From the NCBI GenBank assembly GCA_016712665.1, contig JADJQP010000011.1:4824-68823 (forward strand): 64,000 nt of DNA, read 5' to 3'. This stretch comes from Bacteroidota bacterium (GTDB taxonomy: Bacteria > Bacteroidota > Bacteroidia > Chitinophagales > Chitinophagaceae). The position numbers were made by a program, and so were the translations under genes. Within the stretch, counting starts at the first letter, position 1, and each line of letters starts with the position of its first letter. Below the pieces are notes generated by a model, which saw only the letters and a program-made list of their open reading frames with translations, ran no database searches and was not told the origin of the DNA. Below, one piece after another: positions 10,006 through 20,017 of the stretch.

Positions 10006-11208
10006 TTATTGAAGTTTTAATGTAACAATACTTAATACCGCCAATACGATTCCGATAATCCAAAATCGAATGGCGATTTTACTTTCATGATATCCCAACT
10101 TTTGATAGTGATGATGTAAAGGCGACATTAAAAAAATGCGTCTTCCTTCACCATACTTTCTTTTCGTCCACTTAAAATAACCCACCTGTATCATTACACT
10201 GATATTCTCGATAAGGAACACACCGCAGATGATGGGTATAAGCAATTCTTTTCTGATGATAATTGCCAATGAAGCAATAATTCCACCAAGTGCTAAACTA
10301 CCGGTATCGCCCATAAATACTTGAGCCGGATAACTGTTATACCATAGAAAGCCAATACAGGCTCCAACAAAGGCACCGATAAAAATAGACAGCTCTCCCA
10401 AATTGGGTATATACATTATATTGAGATAACCTGCAAAATTGTAATTGCCTGATAAGTATGCGAAAAGGGCCAGACAGATACCAATTATAGCGCTGGTGCC
10501 TGTGGCCAAACCATCTAATCCATCAGTAATATTGGCACCATTTGAAACCGCCACAATAATAAAAATTACAAATAGGATGTATATGAGTGGCGTCATAAAA
10601 CCTATGGCATCTTCGCCAAACCAGGAAGCAATTTTCGAATAGCTCAATTCATGATTTTTGGCAAATGGGATGGTGGTTACCACGCTTTTTACATGGGCGT
10701 AGGTACGGGTGGCTCCTTTATCGTCGATACGGACAATGCCTTCCTTTACTACTTTATCATCGACATTAAACACAGCGGGCTTACCACCGGTTGTTTCACG
10801 TTCGATATAAACATGTTGATTGTAATACAACGCCAAACCCACAATGATTCCCAATCCGATTTGACCCAAAATTTTAAATCGACCAGCCAGGCCTTCCTTA
10901 TTTTTTTTGAACACCTTAATATAATCATCCACAAATCCGATGACACCCAGCCAGATGGTGGAAACTACCATCAGAATAATATATACATTTTGGATACGTG
11001 CAAATAACAAGGTGGGTATTAAGATAGCGGCAATGATGATGATACCTCCCATAGTAGGCATCCCACTCTTTTGCTTTTCTCCTTCCAAACCCAAATCTCG
11101 CACCGTTTCTCCGATTTGTTTGCGGTGCAAATACGAAATAAAATAAAACACCCCTACTCCAGGCATGCTGTAATTTTCTCTGAGATATGTAAATAAGTAA
11201 TAGAGCAT
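10006..11208 (-). CDS. mraY: phospho-N-acetylmuramoyl-pentapeptide transferase; apparently lacks the first TM helix
   Basis: 400 aa with MLYYLF start, [24 protein letters not shown] and [11 protein letters not shown] motifs. The distance from Met1 to PTMGG is 55 residues, versus 76 in E. coli MraY as I recall it. Confidence 0.9.
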   Translation of the reverse strand: MLYYLFTYLRENYSMPGVGVFYFISYLHRKQIGETVRDLGLEGEKQKSGMPTMGGIIIIAAILIPTLLFARIQNVYIILMVVSTIWLGVIGFVDDYIKVFKKNKEGLAGRFKILGQIGLGIIVGLALYYNQHVYIERETTGGKPAVFNVDDKVVKEGIVRIDDKGATRTYAHVKSVVTTIPFAKNHELSYSKIASWFGEDAIGFMTPLIYILFVIFIIVAVSNGANITDGLDGLATGTSAIIGICLALFAYLSGNYNFAGYLNIMYIPNLGELSIFIGAFVGACIGFLWYNSYPAQVFMGDTGSLALGGIIASLAIIIRKELLIPIICGVFLIENISVMIQVGYFKWTKRKYGEGRRIFLMSPLHHHYQKLGYHESKIAIRFWIIGIVLAVLSIVTLKLQ

Positions 11209-11217
11209 TTTTAGTGA

Positions 11218-12684
11218 TTATTTTTCGAATAGTTGAAACATTTCTTTTAAAACTACCTTGTCGTCAAAGGGATATTTTACGTCACGTACTTCTTGATATT
11301 TTTCATGACCCTTACCTGCCACCAAAATAATATCGCCATCCTCTGCAATACTGCAAGCCGTTTTGATGGCTTCTCTGCGGTCTGCAATGCATACGTACTT
11401 TCTTTTGTGATTTGCCGGCACGCCCAATTCCATGTCACGGATAATACTCATTGGCTCTTCGTTTCTTGGATTGTCTGCCGTAAAAATCACCCGATCGCTA
11501 TGCTCGCAAGCAACGGTTGCCATCAAGGGTCTTTTGCCTTTGTCTCTGTTTCCGCCACAACCGATTACTGTAAATAGTGTTTCGTTTCCTTTTCGCAATT
11601 TGCCGATGGTAGCCAGCACATTCAACAAAGCATCAGGGGTATGAGCATAATCTACAATTCCCATAATATTTTCTTTGTCTGAAAAAAAATAATCAAATCT
11701 TCCTTCTGCACCAAATAGAGTACTCAAAACTTGCAACACTTCAAACTTCTCTTCACCCAATTCCACAGCTACACCAAATACACAAAGGAGATTATAGGCG
11801 TTAAATTCACCAATCATATTAAAAAATACTTCATTGCTTTCAATCATCATCACAAGACCATTCAAATTATTCTCTATGATTTTGGCTTTATAGTCAGCCA
11901 TTGTTTTTAACGAATAGGTTTTTCTTTGTGCAATCGTATTTTGCAACATCAATAATCCTCTCTTATCGTCTACATTAGTAAGTGCAAAGGCCGATATATC
12001 TAAGGAGTCGAACAATGCTTTTTTGACATAAATATATTCGTCAAATGTCTTGTGATAATCTAAATGATCGTGTGTGATATTGGTAAAACAAGCACCGGCA
12101 AAGTGAGTACCTGCTATTCGTTGCTGATGAATGGCATGTGAACTCACCTCCATAAATACATGCGAGCAATTCGCATCACGCATAGTAGCAAATAACTTCT
12201 GTAAGGTAACTGCATCCGGAGTGGTATGGGTTGCAGAACTAATTGTATCACCAATTTTATTCTGGACGGTAGATACCAAACCGCAATGATAACCCAGTTT
12301 GGTAAAAAGCTGAAATAGCAAGGTGGCACAAGTTGTTTTTCCATTTGTACCGGTAACGCCCACCAATGTAAACTGCCGAGAGGGATGATCGAAAAAATTA
12401 GCAGCGAGGATTCCCAAAACGGCATTGCAATTTGCTACTTGAATATACGCAATACCTTCCTGCAAGCTTTCAGGAAGCGATTCGCATACTATTGCGGTCG
12501 CTCCCTTTTCTATAACCTGAGCAATAAACTGATGTCCGTCCGTTTGCGCACCCTTCAAGGCAACAAATAAACTTTGTTTCGACACCAAACGAGAATCAAT
12601 ACAAATATCCATCACGTCCACATTTCTGTCGCCATGAATCGATACTATCGAGATATTGGATAATATGGTTTGTAAACGCTTCAA
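11218..12684 (-). CDS. murE: UDP-N-acetylmuramoyl-L-alanyl-D-glutamate--2,6-diaminopimelate ligase
   Basis: 488 aa with GVTGTNGKTT P-loop and TADNPRNE motif; dcw synteny. Confidence 0.92.
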   Translation of the reverse strand: MKRLQTILSNISIVSIHGDRNVDVMDICIDSRLVSKQSLFVALKGAQTDGHQFIAQVIEKGATAIVCESLPESLQEGIAYIQVANCNAVLGILAANFFDHPSRQFTLVGVTGTNGKTTCATLLFQLFTKLGYHCGLVSTVQNKIGDTISSATHTTPDAVTLQKLFATMRDANCSHVFMEVSSHAIHQQRIAGTHFAGACFTNITHDHLDYHKTFDEYIYVKKALFDSLDISAFALTNVDDKRGLLMLQNTIAQRKTYSLKTMADYKAKIIENNLNGLVMMIESNEVFFNMIGEFNAYNLLCVFGVAVELGEEKFEVLQVLSTLFGAEGRFDYFFSDKENIMGIVDYAHTPDALLNVLATIGKLRKGNETLFTVIGCGGNRDKGKRPLMATVACEHSDRVIFTADNPRNEEPMSIIRDMELGVPANHKRKYVCIADRREAIKTACSIAEDGDIILVAGKGHEKYQEVRDVKYPFDDKVVLKEMFQLFEK

Positions 12685-14835
12685 TTAGATTAGTTGCAAG
12701 ATGATTTTATTTCCTTTTTGAATAGCACTTCCCGGCGGTATGGACTGTGAAACCACTTTTCCCTTTCCTAAGCAAGAAACACGAAGCCCTGTTTTTTCGA
12801 GCAAATAGATAGCGTCCCGTAAGCCCATACCTTGTACATTGGGCACTTCCTTTTGCGATACATATATAGGCTTCGACTGCATCCTTCCTGAAGAATCCTT
12901 TTGTAGCGCTACCCATTGATTGGAAGTGGATAGTTTAGCTTTTGATTTTAAGGAGCTCAAAATCACATTGTAGCTATTGGTCTTCATATTTTTGGGCTCC
13001 AATGCTACGTCAATTTTCTCTTGTCGTTCGATGCCGTTTACCTTATGCATATTCATCGCATACAGTCTGTTGGCTACTTCTTTAAAAACCGGTAAAGCAA
13101 TTTGTCCTCCGTAATAATTATTGGATCCCTTTCTGGTTCTCAGCACTACACAAATGGTATATTGCGGATCCTCTTTGGGAAAAAAACCAACAAAGGAGCC
13201 ATGATACATACGGTCGGTATATCTGATTTTCTCTTTGATAATGTCACCATTCGGTCCTAGCTTTTCAATTACGTCTGCAACTTGCGCTGTACCTGTTTTG
13301 CCGCAAATTGAATAGTACGGATTTTTGAGTGATTTTCCGGTTCCGGTTTCAATAACCTCATTCATGGTTTCTTTAATTTGGGCAATGGAAGGGGCATCCA
13401 ATAAACTATCGGCAAGTACAGTGGGTTTGAAAGTAACAACCTCTTTGCCATAATCTTTCACACTATTCACGAGATAGGGCTTCATCATACGGCCGTTGTT
13501 CGCAATAGAATTGTACACCATACAGGTATGCAAAGGAGTAATCATCACCAAATATCCCATACCCATGTAAGCAAGACTGTACCGGCCCTTTTCCACAGAA
13601 TCTCGTTTAAAGAAAGGGCGTGGTTCGTCACTGATATTTAAACCGGTAATTTGATCGAGACCCAATGCATGCAGGTTTGACCAATAGGTGCCAATTTTAT
13701 CTTTATAGTTTTCATGAATCAATTTAGCAAAGGCCACATTAGAAGAATGCGCAAAGGCATCTTTTATGGTAAGAGTACCCAGTCCGGCATGGCTATCACG
13801 AATGGTATAGGGTCCAAATTTCGCAGCCCCTCCCTGACAATTTACCTTATCATCGATGCTAATCAGATGATCTCTCAATAGCGATATCAAGGAAACCAAT
13901 TTAAATGTAGATCCCGGTTCAATTTTCTTTAAGGCATAATTAAAATCTTCTCCATAGGTACCGTCGCTGAGGCGACCCAAATTGGCCATTGCCTTTATTT
14001 TACCGGTTTTTACTTCCATTACAATGCAGGTTCCGAACACGGCTTGTTCCTTTTCCACTTGTGCATAAAGAGCATTCTCTACCACATCCTGCATTTGCAA
14101 ATCGATGGTTGTATGAACGTCGGCTCCATTTTCGGGTTCAATTTCCGAACCATCGATGGGCATCCAGGTACCTCCGGCAATTCGACGAATAATGCGTTTG
14201 CCTTGACGACCGCCCAATAAGGAATCGTACTTGCCTTCGATACCAACATTGTTGGCATTTTTTCGGTAAATGCCGATGATGCGTTCTGCAAGCAAACCAT
14301 AGGGGTGAATTCTTTTTGTACTGGACTCTTCAATAAGACCGCCTTTATTTCTGCCTTTACAAAAGGGTTGTAATTTTTTTACAGTAAGAAATTCTTCATA
14401 AGAGGCTCGTTTCCTCAACAAAAAATATCTATTCTCTTTTTTATATTCTGTACTTAAGAGTTCTTTATATTCGGTCCAGGTACTGGTAGGAAAAATAGTG
14501 GCGAGCTGTTTAGACAAGGGTTCGACATATTTATTAAAAGTATCTTTTGCGATAGCCTTCATATCAATACGCAAATCAAATTGCGGTACAGAGGTTGAAA
14601 GCAAACTGCCATCTTCCGAATAAATATTGCCCCGCTCAGGTAAGATGGTTTCAATTTTGGTATGCATGCTATCTGCCTGCGAAAGCAATTCTTTACCTTC
14701 AGATATTTGAATTTTTGCGCCCTTAATGAGTATCATCACAGCAAAGAGACACATTGCAATGAACGTGAGATAAACCCGATACCGTATGTCAACGCTGTTT
14801 TTCATATTATGGTTGTTCTTGTATTTGGATGGCAA
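12685..14835 (-). CDS. ftsI: class B penicillin-binding protein / FtsI transpeptidase with C-terminal PASTA domain
   Basis: 716 aa with an N-terminal TM, the SxxK (GSTFK), SxN (HSSNVAF) and KTGT (GKTGTAQ) motifs, and a PASTA-like C-terminus (VPNVQGMGLRDAIYLLEKTGLRV). An alternative start at 14805 would abut the ftsL stop. Confidence 0.9.
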   Translation of the reverse strand: MPSKYKNNHNMKNSVDIRYRVYLTFIAMCLFAVMILIKGAKIQISEGKELLSQADSMHTKIETILPERGNIYSEDGSLLSTSVPQFDLRIDMKAIAKDTFNKYVEPLSKQLATIFPTSTWTEYKELLSTEYKKENRYFLLRKRASYEEFLTVKKLQPFCKGRNKGGLIEESSTKRIHPYGLLAERIIGIYRKNANNVGIEGKYDSLLGGRQGKRIIRRIAGGTWMPIDGSEIEPENGADVHTTIDLQMQDVVENALYAQVEKEQAVFGTCIVMEVKTGKIKAMANLGRLSDGTYGEDFNYALKKIEPGSTFKLVSLISLLRDHLISIDDKVNCQGGAAKFGPYTIRDSHAGLGTLTIKDAFAHSSNVAFAKLIHENYKDKIGTYWSNLHALGLDQITGLNISDEPRPFFKRDSVEKGRYSLAYMGMGYLVMITPLHTCMVYNSIANNGRMMKPYLVNSVKDYGKEVVTFKPTVLADSLLDAPSIAQIKETMNEVIETGTGKSLKNPYYSICGKTGTAQVADVIEKLGPNGDIIKEKIRYTDRMYHGSFVGFFPKEDPQYTICVVLRTRKGSNNYYGGQIALPVFKEVANRLYAMNMHKVNGIERQEKIDVALEPKNMKTNSYNVILSSLKSKAKLSTSNQWVALQKDSSGRMQSKPIYVSQKEVPNVQGMGLRDAIYLLEKTGLRVSCLGKGKVVSQSIPPGSAIQKGNKIILQLI

Positions 14836-15136
14836 TTTTATAAGGTGGTACCAAGGTCTTTTTTAAACCAAGAGCAGATGCGCTTTGTTGTAAATTACTT
14901 TCCTTTGTCATGGACATGATTTGGGTTTTTTCATCAACATATCTCCATCTCAGTTCTTTCAATTCTCTTGCCGTTCGATTGATATCGCGAATGGTATTTT
15001 CGGCATGATGGTTAATGGTGATATACACTAAAGCCAGAAAGGAAACATAAAGGATTAATGGAATATTGCTGACGATACCTTTCTGTCCAACCTTATTGAG
15101 AATCAGTTTCCAGTCCGGTATATTTATTTTTTGCAT
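14807..15136 (-). CDS. ftsL: FtsL-like small bitopic division protein
   Basis: 109 aa with a single TM (IPLILYVSFLALVYITI) followed by a coiled-coil-like region. Conserved slot between rsmH and ftsI. Confidence 0.7.
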   Translation of the reverse strand: MQKINIPDWKLILNKVGQKGIVSNIPLILYVSFLALVYITINHHAENTIRDINRTARELKELRWRYVDEKTQIMSMTKESNLQQSASALGLKKTLVPPYKIAIQIQEQP

Positions 15137-15222
15137 GTTGTTGTTGCGGATGTTATTTGTTAGGTTTTTTGTTTGACTTTTTTTGAATTTGTTAGAACGT
15201 TTTCCTTGCAGGGACTACCGTT

Positions 15223-16131
15223 CTATTTCTTACTGGCTACTCTCAATTTTGCGCTACGGGCTCTTGGGTTTTGACTAATTTCTCTTTCAGTGGGCACTAT
15301 TGGTTTCTTGGTGTGGGATATTATGGTGTGTTCCGTTTTTACGGGCAGTAGGGAGAGCGGATCTTCCTCAAAACGTTCATTTTTGATCCACTGTTTTACA
15401 ATACGATCTTCGAGCGAATGAAAGGTGATGATGCAGAGTCGTCCGTCTTTGCTAAGGGCTTTTGTAATACCTGTCAAAAAATCTTTCAATGCATTGAGTT
15501 CATCATTCACCTCTATACGTAATGCTTGAAATACCTGGGCCAAGTACTTATTGGGATTTCCATAAATACAATTGCCTATGGCCTGTTTGAATTCGTTAGT
15601 AGTGGTAATACTGTTGTTGCTTCTGCCGAGGACAATGGTTTTTGCCAGCACCTTTGCATTGGTAACTTCACCATAATGTTCAAAGAGCTTTTGCAATTTC
15701 AATTCTGAATAAGTATTCAAAACTTCAATGGCAGAAACCGGGTTTCTTTTATCCATCCGCATATCGAGTTGTGCATCGAATCGGGTAGAAAAACCACGTT
15801 CGGCAGTGTCAAACTGATAAGAGCTTACGCCTAAATCAGCCAAAACGCCGTCAAGTGATTTCAATTTGTATAAGCGAACAAAGCGGGCTGCGTATCTAAA
15901 ATTTTCCGGTACAAAAATGACACGATCGTCATCCGGTACATTTTTTTTAGCATCCGCATCCTGGTCAAAAACAATAAGCTTTCCCTTAGCTCCTAAATGC
16001 TTTAGAATTTCTTTGCTATGACCTCCTCCACCAAACGTTGCATCGAGATAGACGCCATCTGGTTTGATATTGAGTTGTTCGATACACTCATGTAAAAGAA
16101 CTGGTTGGTGATAAAATATGGATTCACTCAT
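15223..16131 (-). CDS. rsmH: 16S rRNA (cytosine1402-N4)-methyltransferase
   Basis: 302 aa with YLDATFGGGGHS SAM-binding motif and DLGVSSYQ motif; sits next to mraZ. Confidence 0.93.
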   Translation of the reverse strand: MSESIFYHQPVLLHECIEQLNIKPDGVYLDATFGGGGHSKEILKHLGAKGKLIVFDQDADAKKNVPDDDRVIFVPENFRYAARFVRLYKLKSLDGVLADLGVSSYQFDTAERGFSTRFDAQLDMRMDKRNPVSAIEVLNTYSELKLQKLFEHYGEVTNAKVLAKTIVLGRSNNSITTTNEFKQAIGNCIYGNPNKYLAQVFQALRIEVNDELNALKDFLTGITKALSKDGRLCIITFHSLEDRIVKQWIKNERFEEDPLSLLPVKTEHTIISHTKKPIVPTEREISQNPRARSAKLRVASKK

Positions 16132-16134
16132 TCG

Positions 16135-16584
16135 TTACGTCCCTTTTATAGGATTTAAGAAATTGGCTCCGAGTATTTTACCGGTTAGCATTTTTTTCCT
16201 TTCTGAATCAATCTTCTCTGCTATTTCGTATGCGGCGGCATCCCATATCACTACATAATCAGACATCCCCAACATGATTACATTTTTTACAAGACCGGCA
16301 TGTGCTTTCATTCTGTTAGATAGGACTATTCGGCCGGCAGCATCCATTTCGATAGGAGAAGCACCGTTCATCATACTGAATTTGAGTTCCATAGCCTTTT
16401 CATTGTAATCATTCAGGGTATCCAGCTTTTCTTCCACCTTTTTCCATTGCGAAGCGGTATAGAGCATCAGAAAATTACCATTCCCCTTAGTGAGCATAAA
16501 GCCATTGCTTTCCTCCTGAGGAAGTTGCTTTTTGTATCCGGAAGGAAGCATAATTCTTCCTTTCGAATCAAGGGGTAACTTCAT
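16135..16584 (-). CDS. mraZ: division/cell wall cluster transcriptional regulator MraZ
   Basis: 149 aa with two SpoVT/AbrB-like halves, each carrying a D-x-x-x-GR motif (LDSKGRIMLP, MDAAGRIVLS). First gene of the dcw cluster. Confidence 0.9.
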   Translation of the reverse strand: MKLPLDSKGRIMLPSGYKKQLPQEESNGFMLTKGNGNFLMLYTASQWKKVEEKLDTLNDYNEKAMELKFSMMNGASPIEMDAAGRIVLSNRMKAHAGLVKNVIMLGMSDYVVIWDAAAYEIAEKIDSERKKMLTGKILGANFLNPIKGT

Positions 16585-16632
16585 ATTCTCCGTACGTTCT
16601 GGTCATTGAAAAGTAAAAATATACAATTTATG

Positions 16633-16658
16633 ACACAAATCTACACTTTTTACCACAT
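16633..16658 (-). promoter_or_regulatory. candidate dcw promoter -7 box overlapped by three 10-bp-spaced GTG(G/T) direct repeats (candidate MraZ operator)
   Basis: The minus strand reads ATGTGG-taaa-AAGTGT-agat-TTGTGT, with GTG at 16656-54, 16646-44 and 16636-34. TAGATTTG (16643..16636) matches TAnnTTTG exactly and lies about 50 nt upstream of the mraZ ATG. Confidence 0.4.
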
Positions 16659-16972
16659 TCGATGTTAATTTTTAAAGATTTTTTTTGGAAGTAACTTATC
16701 CACAGCACTGAATGGCTACAATAGCCTATCACATTGGGTTTGATAAGAATAAAATTACTGTATAACCACATAAATTATGTGGATAAACTGTTAATTATCA
16801 TAAACACACCGTTAACTCATGTTAATATCCCCTTAAGCGAATTCATTGTACGGTACAAAAACAAAGGTAAATTATTTTTAATATGTGGAAAGGTAAAAAT
16901 AGTAAAATATAGGTTTATATCTTTTATAATAGATTTCCTAGACGAATCGTTTGAGGCGTACTCATATTGACA

Positions 16973-17007
16973 AAAAAAATCCCCATCTATTCGACAGGGA
17001 TTTTTTT
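16973..17007 (-). terminator. candidate intrinsic terminator downstream of the POT transporter gene
   Basis: AAAAAAATCCC (16973..16983) pairs with GGGATTTTTTT (16997..17007) around a 13-nt loop, about 15 nt after the stop at 17022. The stem is AT-rich, so this is only moderate support. Confidence 0.45.
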
Positions 17008-17021
17008 GTTTCAAGGAAATT

Positions 17022-18713
17022 CTATTTGATGCCATGCATCATTTTTCGTAACAATGGAGTTAGCAAAAACAATAATACAGCTGCGATACCTGTTAATACT
17101 ACAAATACCATAAAGAATTCATATAAATTGTGAATTTCCATTCCTACAAAAACGGGATTGGAAGCGCTTATTTGATTTTCTTCCAGAAGTTTTAATTGCT
17201 CGGGAGTCGGACTGACTGTTTTATTTAAAATCGCCTGCAAATCCATACCTAACTCCTGCGCCTTCTTAAACTTGTCGCCGGTTGCTGGTATCAAGGCTCC
17301 CAAAGAGCCTGCTAAAGCATATCCTGCTGCGTTCGATAAAAAGAAAACACCAAATAATAGGGATGCAAAACGTTTCGGAGACAATTTACCAACCAGAGAT
17401 AAACCAATGGGAGATAAGCATAATTCTGCAAACGTTTGAATCAGATAAAGTAGAATGAGCCATTTGATAGCCAGTAATCCGCTATTGCCTAAATCCTTAA
17501 CATTGTGCGCAATAATGAAATAACTCAGTGCAATTAAACCCAAACCAATGGCCTGCTTAACCGTTGAAAGGGGTTCTTTTCCCATTGCCCTTAATTTATC
17601 CCATAAAATACTAAATGGAAAGGCAAAGGCAAAAACAAAAACCCCATTAAAAATCTGTACCATGGAAGGAGGCATATTCCAACCAAAGAAATTCCTATCC
17701 GTTTGGTTATCAGCAATAAAGGTTAAGGAAGAACCCGCTTGCTCAAAGGCGGCCCAGAAGAAAATAATGAAAAATCCTACAATATAGATGACCAAAATTC
17801 GCTGTAGTTCCACCTTGGTTAACGAACTGTCTGAGATGATTAGGCCTGCTAAGGTCAAGCCAAGTGAGTAAATGATCGGATAGATAATGGTCTTAACCGG
17901 ATTTGTACCTGCCAGCAAATATCTGAACAGAAAAAATAGGGCCACAAAGGAAACCAAGGCCACCACCAAAGATGTGGTAGAAAACACCGCTTTTTGCGAT
18001 TCTCCTTCTTCATAATGAGAGGCATCATTGTGCTTTGGTAATCCTCCCAGTGCTTTTCCATCCGGACTCACCACATATTTATTTTTTAAGAAATAAAACA
18101 CCAAAGTGCCTAATACCATAGCAATGGAGGCTGCTAAAAATCCCCATTTAAAGGCATGGACATCTCTGATACCACCCACATCTTTTACATCACCTACCAA
18201 AGGACAAATTAATTGACCTAAGAAAGCACCTAAATTGATCCCCATATAAAAAATGGTAAACGCGGTATCCAATTTACTTTTTTCCTGTTTTGGATAGAGG
18301 CTGCCCACCATACTTGAAATGTTTGGTTTAAAAAACCCGTTTCCGAAAATAATGATGGTTAAAGCCGTCCACATCAATGTATTGGCAAAGCTCATATTCG
18401 TACTAAAAACACTCGCACTAAAAAACAAACAAAGTTGACCAATAGCCATCATTATACCCCCCAATAAAATGCAATTTCTGTTTCCAAAAAATCGATCAGA
18501 AATAAACCCTCCTAACATAGGGGTTAGATAACATAATCCTAAAAATCCACCATAAATCAAGGATGCATCAGCCTCCTTCATCATCAATGCATTTACCATA
18601 AAGAGGGTAAGGATGGCGCGCATACCATAAAAATTAAATCGCTCCCACATCTCTGTGCCAAACAATACCCATAGCCCTTTCGGGTGCCCTGTTTTTACTT
18701 GTGTATTTTCCAT
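17022..18713 (-). CDS. proton-dependent oligopeptide transporter (POT/PTR2 family, MFS)
   Basis: 563 aa and polytopic. The N-terminus GHPKGLWVLFGTEMWERFNFYGMRAIL is the PTR2 signature region. Confidence 0.9.
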   Translation of the reverse strand: MENTQVKTGHPKGLWVLFGTEMWERFNFYGMRAILTLFMVNALMMKEADASLIYGGFLGLCYLTPMLGGFISDRFFGNRNCILLGGIMMAIGQLCLFFSASVFSTNMSFANTLMWTALTIIIFGNGFFKPNISSMVGSLYPKQEKSKLDTAFTIFYMGINLGAFLGQLICPLVGDVKDVGGIRDVHAFKWGFLAASIAMVLGTLVFYFLKNKYVVSPDGKALGGLPKHNDASHYEEGESQKAVFSTTSLVVALVSFVALFFLFRYLLAGTNPVKTIIYPIIYSLGLTLAGLIISDSSLTKVELQRILVIYIVGFFIIFFWAAFEQAGSSLTFIADNQTDRNFFGWNMPPSMVQIFNGVFVFAFAFPFSILWDKLRAMGKEPLSTVKQAIGLGLIALSYFIIAHNVKDLGNSGLLAIKWLILLYLIQTFAELCLSPIGLSLVGKLSPKRFASLLFGVFFLSNAAGYALAGSLGALIPATGDKFKKAQELGMDLQAILNKTVSPTPEQLKLLEENQISASNPVFVGMEIHNLYEFFMVFVVLTGIAAVLLFLLTPLLRKMMHGIK

Positions 18714-18844
18714 TTTGTAGTTTTAATCCACCAAAGTAGCAATTTTTTTTGAATAGAAAAACTATTGAGGATAAACTTCAAACCAATAAAAGATAAAATC
18801 ATCCAAAACAATCCCTTTTAAATCCTATTTTCGCAGACAAATTA

Positions 18845-19501
18845 ATGAACATGACCATCCATAAAGAAGGCCATATGTACTGCCTGGTCGCTACCATTTT
18901 GTACGCAGTCGTATGCTGGCTTTGTCTCTCTTTTGTACCCCCATTTCTTGCATATCCAATCCTATTTATTTTAGGACTGCTATGGTTTTGGGTCTTTTGG
19001 TTTTTTCGCATTCCCAGTAGAACCTTCACGACCGGTGAACAATTAATCATTTCGCCTTGCGACGGGAAAGTAGTAGTAATTGAGGAAACCACAGAAAGCG
19101 AATATTTCAAAGATAAAAGAATCCAGGTTTCCATATTTATGTCGCCCTTAAATGTGCATGTAAACCGATACCCCTTGAACGGGACTGTGAACTATGCAAA
19201 ATATCACAAGGGAAAATATCTGGTAGCCTGGCATCCAAAATCGAGTACCGAAAACGAGCGTACTACCATAGTGGTAAAAAATAGCAAGGCTGAAATTTTA
19301 ATTCGGCAGATTGCCGGCGCTGTTGCACGACGCATTGTAATGTATTCAAAAGAAGGGGATGTGGCTACGCAAAATGGAGAATTGGGTTTCATCAAGTTTG
19401 GTTCGCGGGTCGATTTATTTCTGCCAATTGGCACAAAGATTAATGCGAAGATCGGTGATGTGGTGGAAGGTGGAATCGATGTAATTGCAACCTTTGATTA
19501 A
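18845..19501 (+). CDS. psd: phosphatidylserine decarboxylase family protein (short membrane-anchored type)
   Basis: 218 aa with N-terminal TMs and an FGSRVD self-cleavage-type motif near the C-terminus. Confidence 0.8.
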   Translation: MNMTIHKEGHMYCLVATILYAVVCWLCLSFVPPFLAYPILFILGLLWFWVFWFFRIPSRTFTTGEQLIISPCDGKVVVIEETTESEYFKDKRIQVSIFMSPLNVHVNRYPLNGTVNYAKYHKGKYLVAWHPKSSTENERTTIVVKNSKAEILIRQIAGAVARRIVMYSKEGDVATQNGELGFIKFGSRVDLFLPIGTKINAKIGDVVEGGIDVIATFD

Positions 19502-19511
19502 GCGAGTCTGC

Positions 19512-19967
19512 ATGAAAAATGAAAAACCAATGTTGTCCTCCTCCTGTAAATTCGTCGACCATGACATCAAGTCGGGGATTACCGATAAAAGGAAACTGGG
19601 GCAATTTATTAATCATTTAATTCATCATTATACCGGTAAAGAAAATGCCTTGCAATATATTTTTGTAAGCGACGATTTTTTATTTGATATGAATCTCAAG
19701 TTTCTGCAACACGACACCTATACTGATATTATTACCTTTGACCTGAGCGAAAAAAAATCTGACCAAATTGAGGGTGAGATATACATTAGTATTGAGCGCG
19801 TAAAAGAAAACGCTGCAAATGAAAAGGTGAGCTACCGACATGAATTATTGAGGGTAATTTGTCATGGTGCCTTGCATTTGTCGGGTTTTAATGATAAAAC
19901 AAAAGCTCAAAAAGCTACCATGAGATTGATGGAGAATGAATGGGTCCAAAAATATTTAACACCCTAG
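19512..19967 (+). CDS. ybeY: rRNA maturation endoribonuclease YbeY
   Basis: HGALHLSGFNDKT zinc-binding H-x3-H-x5 motif and a size of about 150 aa. The ORF is open from 19485; the ATG at 19512 avoids overlap with psd. Confidence 0.85.
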   Translation: MKNEKPMLSSSCKFVDHDIKSGITDKRKLGQFINHLIHHYTGKENALQYIFVSDDFLFDMNLKFLQHDTYTDIITFDLSEKKSDQIEGEIYISIERVKENAANEKVSYRHELLRVICHGALHLSGFNDKTKAQKATMRLMENEWVQKYLTP

Positions 19968-20017
19968 AAAGAATTGAACAATACTTTTTATAGTACTTTA
20001 GCAACAGATATACCTTT

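Noticed and set aside
16734-17035. ORFs 16734..16970 (+), 16817..17035 (-) and 16951..17133 (+) in the dcw upstream region
   Set aside because: They are AT-rich with low-complexity translations. They overlap each other, the putative terminator hairpin and the end of the POT gene. They are most likely spurious.
18799-19134. 111-aa minus-strand ORF opposite psd
   Set aside because: It is antisense to a well-supported psd gene and has no motifs.
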